DNA of 64,000 nucleotides from an uncultured Micropruina sp. (lineage in GTDB: Bacteria > Actinomycetota > Actinomycetes > Propionibacteriales > Propionibacteriaceae), in the NCBI GenBank assembly GCA_964453585.1, contig CAYVOW010000003.1, positions 1,616 through 65,615 of the forward strand, given 5' to 3'. Of this stretch, positions 18,999-28,373 are shown in pieces; the stretch's first letter is position 1, and each line of letters opens with the position of its first letter. The notes under the pieces were generated by a model, which saw only the letters and a list, made by a program, of their open reading frames with translations, was not told the DNA's origin and ran no database searches. The position numbers were made by a program, and so were the translations under genes.

Positions 18999-20336
18999 GT
19001 GCGAGTGATTACCTACGGCACCTTTGACCTCTTCCATGAGGGTCACCGCCGCCTCCTGGAGAGGGCCCGTGCCTTGGGAGATTACCTGATCGTGGGCGTG
19101 ACGACCGAAAACTACGATGACTCTCGGGGTAAACTAAACGTCAGGCAAACCCTGATGGAACGGATCCAAAATGTCCAGCAGAGCGGGCTCGCCGATGAGG
19201 TGATTATCGAAGAGTATGAAGGTCAGAAAGTTCAGGACATTCAGAAACATCGGATAGACATCTTCGCCATTGGATCCGACTGGCTGGGCAAGTTCGATTA
19301 CTTGGGTGACTACTGCAAGGTTGTTTACCTTGAGCGCACGAAGGGAGTCTCCAGCACGCAACTTCGCGACGAATCGAATGGCGTGATTCGTATCGGCGTG
19401 GTGGGCGCCGGGCGAATTGCGAGCCGATTCGTTGAAGAAGCACGTTACGTGAGCGGGGTGAGTGTGGAGGCTGTGTACAGCCGCAACTTCGAGAAGACGC
19501 GGCGATTTGCCGAGAGACTCGAGCTCGAATGGGCCAACGAGTCATTTGCCGATCTTTTGCAGCACGTCGAGGCAGTTTATGTAGCGACGCCTCATCGAAC
19601 TCATTACGCTTACGCCAAGGAGGCCCTAGAGGCACGCGTCCACGTCCTCTGCGAAAAACCGATGTGCTTATCTCGCGCCGAAGTTGAGACTCTGTTTGCT
19701 CTGGCCGCGGACCAGGGTGTGGTGTTGTTGGAAGCAGTGAAGACAGCGTTTTGCCCTGGTTTTCAACGCATGGTCGCAGTTGCTCGCAGCGGGTCCATTG
19801 GCCGTATTCGTTCGGTGGACGCAACCTTCACGAAATTGGTGACGGGGGGGCGAGAGCTCCACGGGGATGACGGGGGAAGCATCTCTGAGTTGGCCACGTA
19901 TCCGCTACTTGCCGCGGTCAAGCTGATGGGAACATCTTTTGTTGACCAGAAAACGTACTCCCTGATTCCGGATGGTTCGGAAGTCGAGGTCTTCTCACGT
20001 ATCGATTTGCTTTATGAGCAGGGAGTTGCCTCGGCCCGCACGGGTTTGGGAGTGAAGGCGGAGGGGGACCTCATTGTCGCCGGCAGCCGTGGGTACCTGT
20101 ATGTACCGGCCCCGTGGTGGAAGACCGAGTACTTCGAGACCCGGTTTGAGGACCAGAGCAAGAACAAGAAGTTCTACTACAAGTTCGATGGAGACGGACT
20201 TCGCTACGAACTCGCCGAGTTCGCCTGGATGATCCGCAATGGCGCGCCAGAGTCATTCAAGTTGCGCGCGATTGAGTCGGCGACACTCGCGGGAATCATT
20301 GAACAAGCCCGCAATCAGGCAACTCTGTTCGGCTGA
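18999..20336 (+). CDS. Fusion protein: TagD-type glycerol-3-phosphate cytidylyltransferase + Gfo/Idh/MocA NAD(P) oxidoreductase
   Basis: The N-terminus VRVITYGTFDLFHEGHRRLLERARALGDYLIVGV...IGSDWLGKFDYL...VVYLERTKGVSSTQLR matches B. subtilis TagD almost motif for motif. The remainder carries IRIGVVGAGRIA and VLCEKPM (Gfo/Idh/MocA Rossmann fold plus EKP motif). GTG at 18999 lies 9 nt after GGAGG. Confidence 0.9.
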   Translation: MRVITYGTFDLFHEGHRRLLERARALGDYLIVGVTTENYDDSRGKLNVRQTLMERIQNVQQSGLADEVIIEEYEGQKVQDIQKHRIDIFAIGSDWLGKFDYLGDYCKVVYLERTKGVSSTQLRDESNGVIRIGVVGAGRIASRFVEEARYVSGVSVEAVYSRNFEKTRRFAERLELEWANESFADLLQHVEAVYVATPHRTHYAYAKEALEARVHVLCEKPMCLSRAEVETLFALAADQGVVLLEAVKTAFCPGFQRMVAVARSGSIGRIRSVDATFTKLVTGGRELHGDDGGSISELATYPLLAAVKLMGTSFVDQKTYSLIPDGSEVEVFSRIDLLYEQGVASARTGLGVKAEGDLIVAGSRGYLYVPAPWWKTEYFETRFEDQSKNKKFYYKFDGDGLRYELAEFAWMIRNGAPESFKLRAIESATLAGIIEQARNQATLFG

Positions 20337-20339
20337 ACG

Positions 20340-22919
20340 ATGGCTATGCCCCTGAGACCTCGACGGATCCTTAGCAACGCCATCCATAGGATCAACCGAT
20401 CGAAGAGCCCTTTGGTGAGACGTACGTTCACGGCGACCCGCTCGGCGTTGCGCCGCGCCGTTAACTCGATCTCCAACCTTCATTGGGGGTGGGTGGCGCA
20501 CTTGGAGAGGGTGCGCTGGCTGGACGATAAGACCCTCGAAATTTCGGGCTACGCGTTTGAGCGCGGACTCCCCTTCACCAATGAACCTCCGACTTTCCGA
20601 GTGTGGCTGGTCCGCGAGGGGGCAACTGTCCAAACCCGAGCTGCTCAGCAGGCTGCCCCGTCCGCGAATATGCGCCTGAAACGGTCTGTGCATAGCTATG
20701 CCAACGCGGGATTCCGCGCGGAGGCTGATCTCACGCCCCTCCTCGATCTTGTGCCTCCATCCGACCGCGACCTAACTTGGCAAGTGGTGGTCGAGGTCGC
20801 GGGCTCTGGCATCGTTCGGCGCGGGCCCCTGAGGTCGCGCTTTCCCTCAGGCTCAGCCGGGCATCTTGCGACGAGATCGCACGGATCGCTACAGCTCATC
20901 CCACGGTGGCAAGAGGGGCGAGGGCTCGTCATCGCGGTGAGGCGACCCGTCGCGCAGGTGACAAGCACTTCCGTATCGGCGCGACAGGTCGACCTGACGG
21001 TCAAGTTGAACGGCATCTCGGTTCAGTCCGCGATGCTCGTCAGCGGCTCTGGCACGACACCCTTAACGTTGGTGGCAAGTCAAGGGGACACTGTGCGGCT
21101 CTCGGGTGTCGTTCCCCCGCCTGCAATCGGCGCTCTGGAGGAACGCCTCGACCCCGAGGATGAGTGGACGACCGTGACATCTCATGAAGCGCTTAGTGCG
21201 AGTCCGGAGGGAGCCGGACCGCTGATCGCGTGTGGGTGGCACCAGCTCGCTGTCACCGACTCGAGCGGGGCGCGGCATCTAGCCTCCTGCTCGATCGATT
21301 CAGACCCGCCCCACCCTCACCCCGGGGATTCTCTCTATCCCTTCGCGGGCCCTGACGGGCGGTTTGGTCTGAGAGACACGTCGGCATCGATGATTGTCGA
21401 CACGGTGGCGGTGAGTGGAGACGAGGCACCATACCTGGACGTTCGGGGCGTGGCGGTCGGAGAACTATCGGGTTGCTGGCTGGCGTTGATGGGTGCGCGC
21501 CAAACCCTTTCTGCCGACCAGTTCACTCTCGAAGATGGACGCTTTCAGGCGCGGATTCCGCTGTTAGCAAGCGCGTGGGAGCAACCCCTCTTGCCACCGC
21601 GGTCGGGGGGCTACGTTCTTCGGGGTCGGGCAAACGACGGTCGGTGGTTCAGGATCAGCACCACCCACGCCGTCGTCGCGCAGTGCCCTGCCACGGTTGC
21701 CTTGGCGGGATTTCACCTAAGGACGGAGATCGCGCCGGGGCGTCGACTACGGGTGGCAGTGCTTCCACCGAGGCGCGACGACGAACTGGGTCCCTACAAC
21801 CGGTACCGGCTGGGCGAGGAGTACCGGGCGACGAAGTTCCAGCCGCAACGATCCGTCTACTTTGAGAGCTTCTACGGTCGCGCCGCCACGTGTAATCCGC
21901 GCGCTCTGGACGCCGAAGTCGCAAGGAGGTTCCCCGACTGGATCCGCTATTGGGGCGTGGTTGACAAGTCGGTGGCCGTGCCGCCGGGAGCGGTCGCTGT
22001 TGTGGAGGGCACCAAAGAGTGGTGGGATGCTCGCGGTCGTTCCACCGTGGTCATCGTCAACGACTGGATCCGCAACGACTTCAAGCATCAGCCTCACCAG
22101 GTTGTACTTCAGACTTGGCACGGGTCCATGCTGAAGAAGATCGGGTTGGACCGGCCGACCACCTCTGCCATGTCCAGGCGTGCCCTCCTACGCGAACGGG
22201 AACGCTGGGATCTACTGCTGTCCCAGAATCGACACAGCACCGAGATATTCCGGAGTGCTTACGACTGGAGCCGCCCAATACTTGAAGAGGGGTACCCCCG
22301 CAATGACGCGATGACCAATGGTGATGGTGCGTCCATTCGCACCAGGTTGGGCATCCGACCAGATCAAGTGGCCATCCTGTACGCACCCACATGGCGCGAC
22401 AATGTCAGTGGGCTGGTCACTCATCTGGATGCTGCCCAGTTCGCGGCCGACTTGGGTGACCGCTATCTGGTGCTGGTGCGTGGCCATTCACGGACAGCGG
22501 GCGTCGGCGGCAGCGTCACCAGCGAGGGCGTCCTGGACGTCACCACATATCCTGACGTTACCGAACTCTTCCTTGCTGCGGACATCATGATTACCGACTA
22601 CTCGTCCGTTATGTTCGACTATTCAGTCACAGGGAAGCCGATGATCTTCTTCGTGCCCGACATCGACGATTATCGCGATGTTGTGCGAGGGGTCTACTTC
22701 GACCTACCATCCGTCGCCCCTGGGCCAGTTGTCTACACTCAGTCAGAGGTCACACGGGCCGTCCAGCGCGCCGACACCGATGCGGTTGAGTATGAAGCCC
22801 GCTATGCACAATGGCGTGCGCGCTTCAATCAACTGGATGACGGTCACTCAGCAGAGCGCGTCGTTGAGCGCCTCTTCGCGAGCAGGCAGGCTCGGGCGCT
22901 CCTGGGTAATGAGGTCTAG
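20340..22919 (+). CDS. CDP-glycerol (polyol-phosphate) glycerophosphotransferase, TagF/TagB family, with a ~450-aa N-terminal extension
   Basis: C-terminal catalytic region: VVLQTWHGSMLKKIGLD, ILYAPTWRD, LVRGHS, MITDYSSVMFDYSVTGKPMIFFVPDIDDYR. I do not recognise any family in the N-terminal ~450 aa. Confidence 0.9.
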   Translation: MAMPLRPRRILSNAIHRINRSKSPLVRRTFTATRSALRRAVNSISNLHWGWVAHLERVRWLDDKTLEISGYAFERGLPFTNEPPTFRVWLVREGATVQTRAAQQAAPSANMRLKRSVHSYANAGFRAEADLTPLLDLVPPSDRDLTWQVVVEVAGSGIVRRGPLRSRFPSGSAGHLATRSHGSLQLIPRWQEGRGLVIAVRRPVAQVTSTSVSARQVDLTVKLNGISVQSAMLVSGSGTTPLTLVASQGDTVRLSGVVPPPAIGALEERLDPEDEWTTVTSHEALSASPEGAGPLIACGWHQLAVTDSSGARHLASCSIDSDPPHPHPGDSLYPFAGPDGRFGLRDTSASMIVDTVAVSGDEAPYLDVRGVAVGELSGCWLALMGARQTLSADQFTLEDGRFQARIPLLASAWEQPLLPPRSGGYVLRGRANDGRWFRISTTHAVVAQCPATVALAGFHLRTEIAPGRRLRVAVLPPRRDDELGPYNRYRLGEEYRATKFQPQRSVYFESFYGRAATCNPRALDAEVARRFPDWIRYWGVVDKSVAVPPGAVAVVEGTKEWWDARGRSTVVIVNDWIRNDFKHQPHQVVLQTWHGSMLKKIGLDRPTTSAMSRRALLRERERWDLLLSQNRHSTEIFRSAYDWSRPILEEGYPRNDAMTNGDGASIRTRLGIRPDQVAILYAPTWRDNVSGLVTHLDAAQFAADLGDRYLVLVRGHSRTAGVGGSVTSEGVLDVTTYPDVTELFLAADIMITDYSSVMFDYSVTGKPMIFFVPDIDDYRDVVRGVYFDLPSVAPGPVVYTQSEVTRAVQRADTDAVEYEARYAQWRARFNQLDDGHSAERVVERLFASRQARALLGNEV

Positions 22920-23022
22920 TCGTCAGTCACCTAAGTGGCTGCCGGCTCAAGCAGGTGTCGAGATCCCTGGAGTGGACGGGTCGCCTTGGCGCTAAGATGA
23001 CTGGCCTTACAGGAGGTGGGGC

Positions 23023-24078
23023 ATGGCATCAATCAGTCGGAGAAATTTGGTCTATGGCGCCGCGGGGCTGGGACTGGGTGCCCTCACCGGGCTCACCGCA
23101 GCACCGCAGGCTGAAGCTGACTCGTACCGAACCAACGGACGCACCATCAAGACCCCCGTTCTTGAGTTCTGGCGGTTAAACCGGTCCAGGCTGGGGCAGC
23201 CCACCTCCAACGTGTACAAGGTGGCCGGGGGTCTCAAGCAGAGGTTCCAGCGCGGCGACGTCTACTACTCGGCGACGACAAGTGTCGTCGCAATCGCCGG
23301 AGCCATCAAGGTTGCCTACGACGCGCAGCGGGGCTCGATAGCGCTGGGGATCCCGACGTCGGCCGAGGTGGAACTGGGTAATCTTGGGGCGACCCAGAAG
23401 ACGGAACGGGCCCGGCTTTTCTCCGGGGCAGGCGGGGTGGTGACCTCTCGCGACGTCGAGACCATTCGAATGCCGCACGTCTCGAACTTCAGGGACGCGG
23501 CGGGAGAGTCGGGTGACGTGGCGATATCCGGGGGGCTGATGCGTCGTGGAGTGCTGTACCGTTCCGGCCGCCTGGGCGTCATGCAAGACTTCGACGAGCT
23601 GGTGTTCCGTTCGCTCGGGATCCAATCCATCATCGAGCTGAGGCAAAGCGGCGCTGCACGCTCGCGGCCGGATCCGTCCATCCCTGGAGTTACGACGGTC
23701 AACGCCGGGGTGTCGGCGGATACGAACTATTCCAAGTACGTGACGGACGGAGCGCGGCGGAGACAGTGGGCCAAAGCACTGCGCTACATCGCAGCGTCCA
23801 CCGATCCCGTGATCGTTCACTGTCATTCAGGCAAGGACCGGACTGGATGGCTGGTGGCCCAGTTGCACTATTTGTTGGGAGCCAGCGACCGCACGGTCCT
23901 GAAGGAGTTCCTGAAGTCGAACGACTACATCGGCGAAGTCGGCGTTCGCGCCAGCCAGTTGGCGACGGCGGTGTCGCGCGCCAAGCGCGACTACGGTTCT
24001 ATGCCGCGCTACTTCACGCGCGGCCTGGGCCTGACGACGTCGGACATCAATCGGTTGCGTCAACGGTTCGCGAGCTGA
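23023..24078 (+). CDS. Tat-exported LGFP-repeat protein fused to a Y_phosphatase3-type protein-tyrosine/dual-specificity phosphatase
   Basis: Twin-arginine signal SRRNLVYGAAGLGLGALTGLTAAPQAEA. LGFP-like repeats (RSRLGQPTSNVYKVAGGLKQRFQRGDVYYS). CX5R P-loop VIVHCHSGKDRTGW. AGGAGG lies 6 nt before the ATG, and a TAAGAT -10 candidate is upstream. Confidence 0.85.
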   Translation: MASISRRNLVYGAAGLGLGALTGLTAAPQAEADSYRTNGRTIKTPVLEFWRLNRSRLGQPTSNVYKVAGGLKQRFQRGDVYYSATTSVVAIAGAIKVAYDAQRGSIALGIPTSAEVELGNLGATQKTERARLFSGAGGVVTSRDVETIRMPHVSNFRDAAGESGDVAISGGLMRRGVLYRSGRLGVMQDFDELVFRSLGIQSIIELRQSGAARSRPDPSIPGVTTVNAGVSADTNYSKYVTDGARRRQWAKALRYIAASTDPVIVHCHSGKDRTGWLVAQLHYLLGASDRTVLKEFLKSNDYIGEVGVRASQLATAVSRAKRDYGSMPRYFTRGLGLTTSDINRLRQRFAS

Positions 24079-24137
24079 TCGCCCACCCCTGATGACGGCC
24101 GGGCATCTACCCGCACCCCGACCATGAGGATCTGACG

Positions 24138-24713
24138 TTGAAGCAGCGGTTGATCGCCCTTGTCACCATTGGCCTCAGTGCCTGCGCCGCGACGCCGCCT
24201 GGCGTACAGACCACCTCGTCGGCGTCCCCTACGGCTGTGGCTCAGCCATCGGCGCCCGGCGGGGAATCGTCCTCCCCGAGTCCTAGCGTGAGCGTCGCGC
24301 CCACCCAGGAGTCGACCGCCGGGGCCATCGCGCGCGGCAGGGTCGACGACGTGGAGTTCTTGGTCCTCGCCGTTTCGATGGTCGATCACGTCGAGGGGCG
24401 TGCCAACCGCAAGGAAACAGGCCATTGGCTAGCCATCAAAATGCGGGTGGTCAACCAAGGGAAGAGCACCGTGGTGCTCAACACGCAGGGGTTTCAGGTG
24501 ACCTCGGGTGCCGGCAAGAACTACCTGACCGATGACCCCGCGATGTTCACCGACAACGACTCGGATGAACTCATCGGCAGCGGCATCACGCCGGGTGCCA
24601 AGGCTGAGGGAACACTGCTCTTCGCCGTCCCAAGGAACGCGAAGTCCTTCGTGCTGACTTCCTGGAAACCCGACTCCAGCGTCCCACCTGCGAAGCTGTC
24701 ATTGAGGGTTTAG
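24138..24713 (+). CDS. DUF4352-like lipoprotein
   Basis: Lipobox LVTIGLSAC and a S/P/T-rich linker. The beta-sandwich pattern WLAIKMRVVNQGKSTVVLNTQGFQV...GITPGAKAEGTLLFAVP is typical of DUF4352. TTG start 7 nt after GAGGA. Confidence 0.7.
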   Translation: MKQRLIALVTIGLSACAATPPGVQTTSSASPTAVAQPSAPGGESSSPSPSVSVAPTQESTAGAIARGRVDDVEFLVLAVSMVDHVEGRANRKETGHWLAIKMRVVNQGKSTVVLNTQGFQVTSGAGKNYLTDDPAMFTDNDSDELIGSGITPGAKAEGTLLFAVPRNAKSFVLTSWKPDSSVPPAKLSLRV

Positions 24714-24831
24714 CCGTCCGCGGCGACGTCGTGGGCTGCACGACCGTCTCGACAGTGTTAGCTTTACCGTGGGGGAAACGCTCCCGCCCGATCTACACAC
24801 CCCGGGCCTCGGTGCGACCACAGGAGCACGC

Positions 24832-26799
24832 ATGAAACTAAAGACTATCAAGCTCGTCATCACGGCCGGGCTGAGCCTTGGACTTGTCGGCCTGCCGATG
24901 GCGACGCCGAAGGCGGCTGCGGCGCCGCCCACCGCCAGCATCAGTGTCTCGACCCTACCGGTCTACGACAATGGGACGGTCAACGTCGCGGTGGATTTCC
25001 CAACGTCAACCTACGACGGCGTGCTCTACGGCAACTACCCCCGGCTCGTGCTGGAGAAGTCGACCGATAGCGGCGCCACGTGGCAGAAGGTAGGCACCTG
25101 TCAGAAGTCAACGTCGGCGGGCGTCTACACGTTCAGCTATAACGTCGGCACCGAGACTCAGAAGATCCGGGTGTCCAACGACCCGTCGGCGACCTGCCTT
25201 AGCGGCCAGACGGGAGCGTTCTACAACGATCCGACCAAAGTGCTATCGACCGCTGAGGTGGCCATCGATCCCCAGACCCCGCCGCCCCCGGGCACCAATA
25301 CGCTGACCATTCAGGCGGACGGTAAGAAGGCTACAGCCACTTTCGCGACGCCCCACGGTGGCCAGAGTGCTTCGCTGCAGATCGAGACGATCCTCACCAA
25401 GAACACGCGTGAAGTCACAGCCCCCGCGTGGAAGACGATTGCGACTGCCTCCCAAAACTCCAGCGGGGTGGCCACCTTCTCCATTTCGAACCCGTACGAA
25501 GTGTCGCACGTGTATCGGGTGATCTCTGGAGCCGATGTCTCTGACGTCGTCACCTTTGCGGCCCCTGAGGGCGCGAAGACCACGGGAATCCCGCAGGTGT
25601 ACATGAACACCAACGAGCAGGCAACCGTAGACACTCGGACCCGCTACTTCGAGGGTACCTTCACCATGACTGCTGGCAATGGGTGTACGGCGGTTGCCAC
25701 CATCCCCAAGTCCGTCGTTAAGGGTCGGGGTAATTACTCGTGGAGCTTTGCCAAGAAGTCCTTCACTGTGAAGCTCGATAAGAGCACCGACCTTTGCGGC
25801 CTCGGCAAGTCAAAGAAGTGGGCGCTGGTGGCCAACCACTATGACAAGTCGCTGTTGCGCAACACCGTCGCGGGTTGGGTTGGTTCGAAATTCAGTAACC
25901 TTGCTTGGACACCCAAGAGCACTCCGGTGGACCTCTGGATGAATGGGTCCTATAGGGGCTCCTACATTCTGATTGAGCGGATTGCCATCGATACATTGAG
26001 AGTCAACATCCCCAAGGTGGACGATTACCGCACGGTCACCGACCCCGCGACCCTCGGCTACATCATGGAGTGGGACTTCCGCAAGGGTGCCGACCACAAC
26101 ATCACGGCGCGCAGCAACGGCTGGCTTGGTATCAAGGAGCCAGAGGACGATAAGGACGAGGCCGGAGTCAACACGGGCAAGGGCATTACCGCCGGCCAGA
26201 TCACCTTCATCGACGGCAAGCTCGATGCGGCGGACTCAGCGCTGTTCGGATCCGGGTTCACCGGCTCGACCGGCTGGAGGTCGCACATCGACGAGGCCTC
26301 GGCGGTGGATTATTACCTGGCCATGGAGTTCATGAAGCCGATTGATGGCAACATGTGGGCCAGCGTTTTCATGTACTGGGATCCCACCATCAAGAAGTTC
26401 AAGTTTGGGCCGATGTGGGACTTTGACATGTCTTCGGGGTCTGCGGTTCGCGCGGGCGACGCCGTGAACCCAAGGAGTTGGTACCTCCGCAATCCGCTTG
26501 GGATTTCTGCCATGCAGAGTCCGAAGACCTGGTTCAACCGCCTCAACGAAGACTCGGCCTTCCGAAGCGCAGTGCGGACTCGCTGGAACCAGGTTTCGAG
26601 CAGCATGAGCGGCATCGGCACCTTTGTGGACTCCCAAAAGGCAGCGGTCAAGCTGTCTGCGGCCGAGAACTGGAAGGTGTGGAGCATCACGCAGCACCTG
26701 AGCAGTTCGCAGGTGGTCAAGGGCAACTGGGACGCTGATGTGAGCTACCTCAGGTCGTGGTTGACCTCGCGCAAGTCGTACTTCGACAGCCAGTTCTAA
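24832..26799 (+). CDS. Exported CotH-family (atypical kinase fold) protein with N-terminal Ig/FN3-like modules
   Basis: Signal peptide MKLKTIKLVITAGLSLGLVGLPMATPKAAAAP. CotH core: KGRGNYSWSFAKKSFTVKLDKS...KKWALVANHYDKSLLRN...YRGSYILIERI...GPMWDFDMS. The ATG at 24832 is preceded by AGGAG, so the track start at 24769 is an upstream extension. Confidence 0.85.
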   Translation: MKLKTIKLVITAGLSLGLVGLPMATPKAAAAPPTASISVSTLPVYDNGTVNVAVDFPTSTYDGVLYGNYPRLVLEKSTDSGATWQKVGTCQKSTSAGVYTFSYNVGTETQKIRVSNDPSATCLSGQTGAFYNDPTKVLSTAEVAIDPQTPPPPGTNTLTIQADGKKATATFATPHGGQSASLQIETILTKNTREVTAPAWKTIATASQNSSGVATFSISNPYEVSHVYRVISGADVSDVVTFAAPEGAKTTGIPQVYMNTNEQATVDTRTRYFEGTFTMTAGNGCTAVATIPKSVVKGRGNYSWSFAKKSFTVKLDKSTDLCGLGKSKKWALVANHYDKSLLRNTVAGWVGSKFSNLAWTPKSTPVDLWMNGSYRGSYILIERIAIDTLRVNIPKVDDYRTVTDPATLGYIMEWDFRKGADHNITARSNGWLGIKEPEDDKDEAGVNTGKGITAGQITFIDGKLDAADSALFGSGFTGSTGWRSHIDEASAVDYYLAMEFMKPIDGNMWASVFMYWDPTIKKFKFGPMWDFDMSSGSAVRAGDAVNPRSWYLRNPLGISAMQSPKTWFNRLNEDSAFRSAVRTRWNQVSSSMSGIGTFVDSQKAAVKLSAAENWKVWSITQHLSSSQVVKGNWDADVSYLRSWLTSRKSYFDSQF

Positions 26800-26806
26800 T
26801 CGCTGT

Positions 26807-26846
26807 GGTGGTCGTACCGGTGGTGGGAGCTACCGGCACGACCACC
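26807..26846 (+). terminator. GC-rich hairpin directly after the CotH stop codon
   Basis: GGTGGTCGTACCGG-tggtgggagcta-CCGGCACGACCACC, a 13/14 bp stem. Confidence 0.55.
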
Positions 26847-27097
26847 TCGTCACATCAAGACCGCCAGGTGGCTGGGGTGTGGTGAGGGCCATTCTAGGGA
26901 CCGGTCCAAGCGGGTCGTGCCGCAATGGACAACCGCGAGCCCAACCATCCTGCGTGGGAGGGCGTACCTCAATAGCCGCACCAGCAGTCGCGGGAGTGTG
27001 CGGTGGAAGGCGCTCGATTGCCCCGATCTTGAGAGCGTCCTCCTAAGGCCTCCCTGGTAGTCTGGGCCCCGCCACACCCCGATCGAGACGGCACAAC

Positions 27098-28201
27098 GTG
27101 ATTCCTGGTCAGCCCGCGCGCAACATCCACCGGCGAGAACTGCTGTCGGCCGCCGGGTTTTTGGCGCTGTGCGGTTGTGGTGGGCCACAAGCCAGCAACG
27201 TTTCGACTCCGTCCCATGCCGCCAGCTCGCCGCGGGCAACGCCAAGCCTCTCCCCGACCCCCTCCCGGTCCGAAAAGTCCGGCGGCATCCATGTCCGGCT
27301 GATGACCTTTAACATCATGACGGCCACGAAGAAGTCGATTTCGGACATGCCAAGCAGGTATAACACGTCACTCGCTTGGATCTCCCGAGTGCCTGCCATC
27401 ACGGCGCGGATCGCGGCCCAGCAACCGACGATTCTCTGCCTTCAAGAGAACGAAGCGAAGGTCGACAACCTGTGGCAGGCCGACTACGTGCTCAAGGAGA
27501 TGCCACAGTACGAACGCTCTCCCTACGGAAAGCCCAGCGATCCGGTCCAGATCCTCTTTTCTCCGCAGGAGTTCGAGGCAAACGATGGCGGTCTCTTCAA
27601 GCTCAACACCCGAGGTCTGAACGGCGCTCCAAAAGATCGTTTCTGCGCGTGGGCGCGCCTCTCTGACCGGAGCACCGGTCGCGAGTTCCTCGTCATGACA
27701 GCTCACTTGACGTCCTCAGCCTCGCTACAGCGGGCCGAGTTTCGAGCCTACGAGTGGACGCAGTTTATCGAGGGCGTGCGCCGAATCGACCCTCAACGCC
27801 AGCTCCCTTTGGTCTTGTGTGGAGACTTCAACGCCACCGAGGACGAGACGCGCGACATTTACGACGCTCATATCAAGGGCATCGACGAACTGGGACTTCG
27901 AAATGCGCGGAGCTTGGCCCGACTGGACTCCACGGCCGCACACGGGGCCGCAAGCATGAACCTGATGGGCGACGTCGTCGACGGCAAGTGGTACTACGGC
28001 CTGATCCGGATGGGGGCAGCTATCGACTACATCTGCGTCCCGGCGCAGACAGGCGTCGCTGAATGGCAGACGGTGCTCGGGTCGGGGCCAGCTCACGGGG
28101 TCACCCGTCGTTGGATAGCGAGCACGGAACGGGCCTTTTTCACCGAGTATCCCATTGGCTCGGACCACAATCCCGTCTTCTCCCATTTCCTCCTCTGGTG
28201 A
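27098..28201 (+). CDS. Endonuclease/exonuclease/phosphatase (EEP) family lipoprotein
   Basis: RRELLSAAGFLALCGCGG (Tat-like signal plus lipobox). EEP motifs LMTFNIM, ILCLQE, LCGDFN and IGSDHNPVF. GTG start. Confidence 0.85.
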   Translation: MIPGQPARNIHRRELLSAAGFLALCGCGGPQASNVSTPSHAASSPRATPSLSPTPSRSEKSGGIHVRLMTFNIMTATKKSISDMPSRYNTSLAWISRVPAITARIAAQQPTILCLQENEAKVDNLWQADYVLKEMPQYERSPYGKPSDPVQILFSPQEFEANDGGLFKLNTRGLNGAPKDRFCAWARLSDRSTGREFLVMTAHLTSSASLQRAEFRAYEWTQFIEGVRRIDPQRQLPLVLCGDFNATEDETRDIYDAHIKGIDELGLRNARSLARLDSTAAHGAASMNLMGDVVDGKWYYGLIRMGAAIDYICVPAQTGVAEWQTVLGSGPAHGVTRRWIASTERAFFTEYPIGSDHNPVFSHFLLW

Positions 28202-28373
28202 TGCGGGGTCGGCAGAGGTACTCGTGATGCCTGCCGAAGAGAGCGGGGAGGCGTTCGCTCAGCCACTGACTTCAGCCGCTCAGAGGCCGCCACGAGGTGA
28301 GCGATGGGACACCGGCCGTTCTCTTGCTCCCGGCGCGGACTTGGAGGGAGCTAGAACTGCAGGTGCTGGCTCG

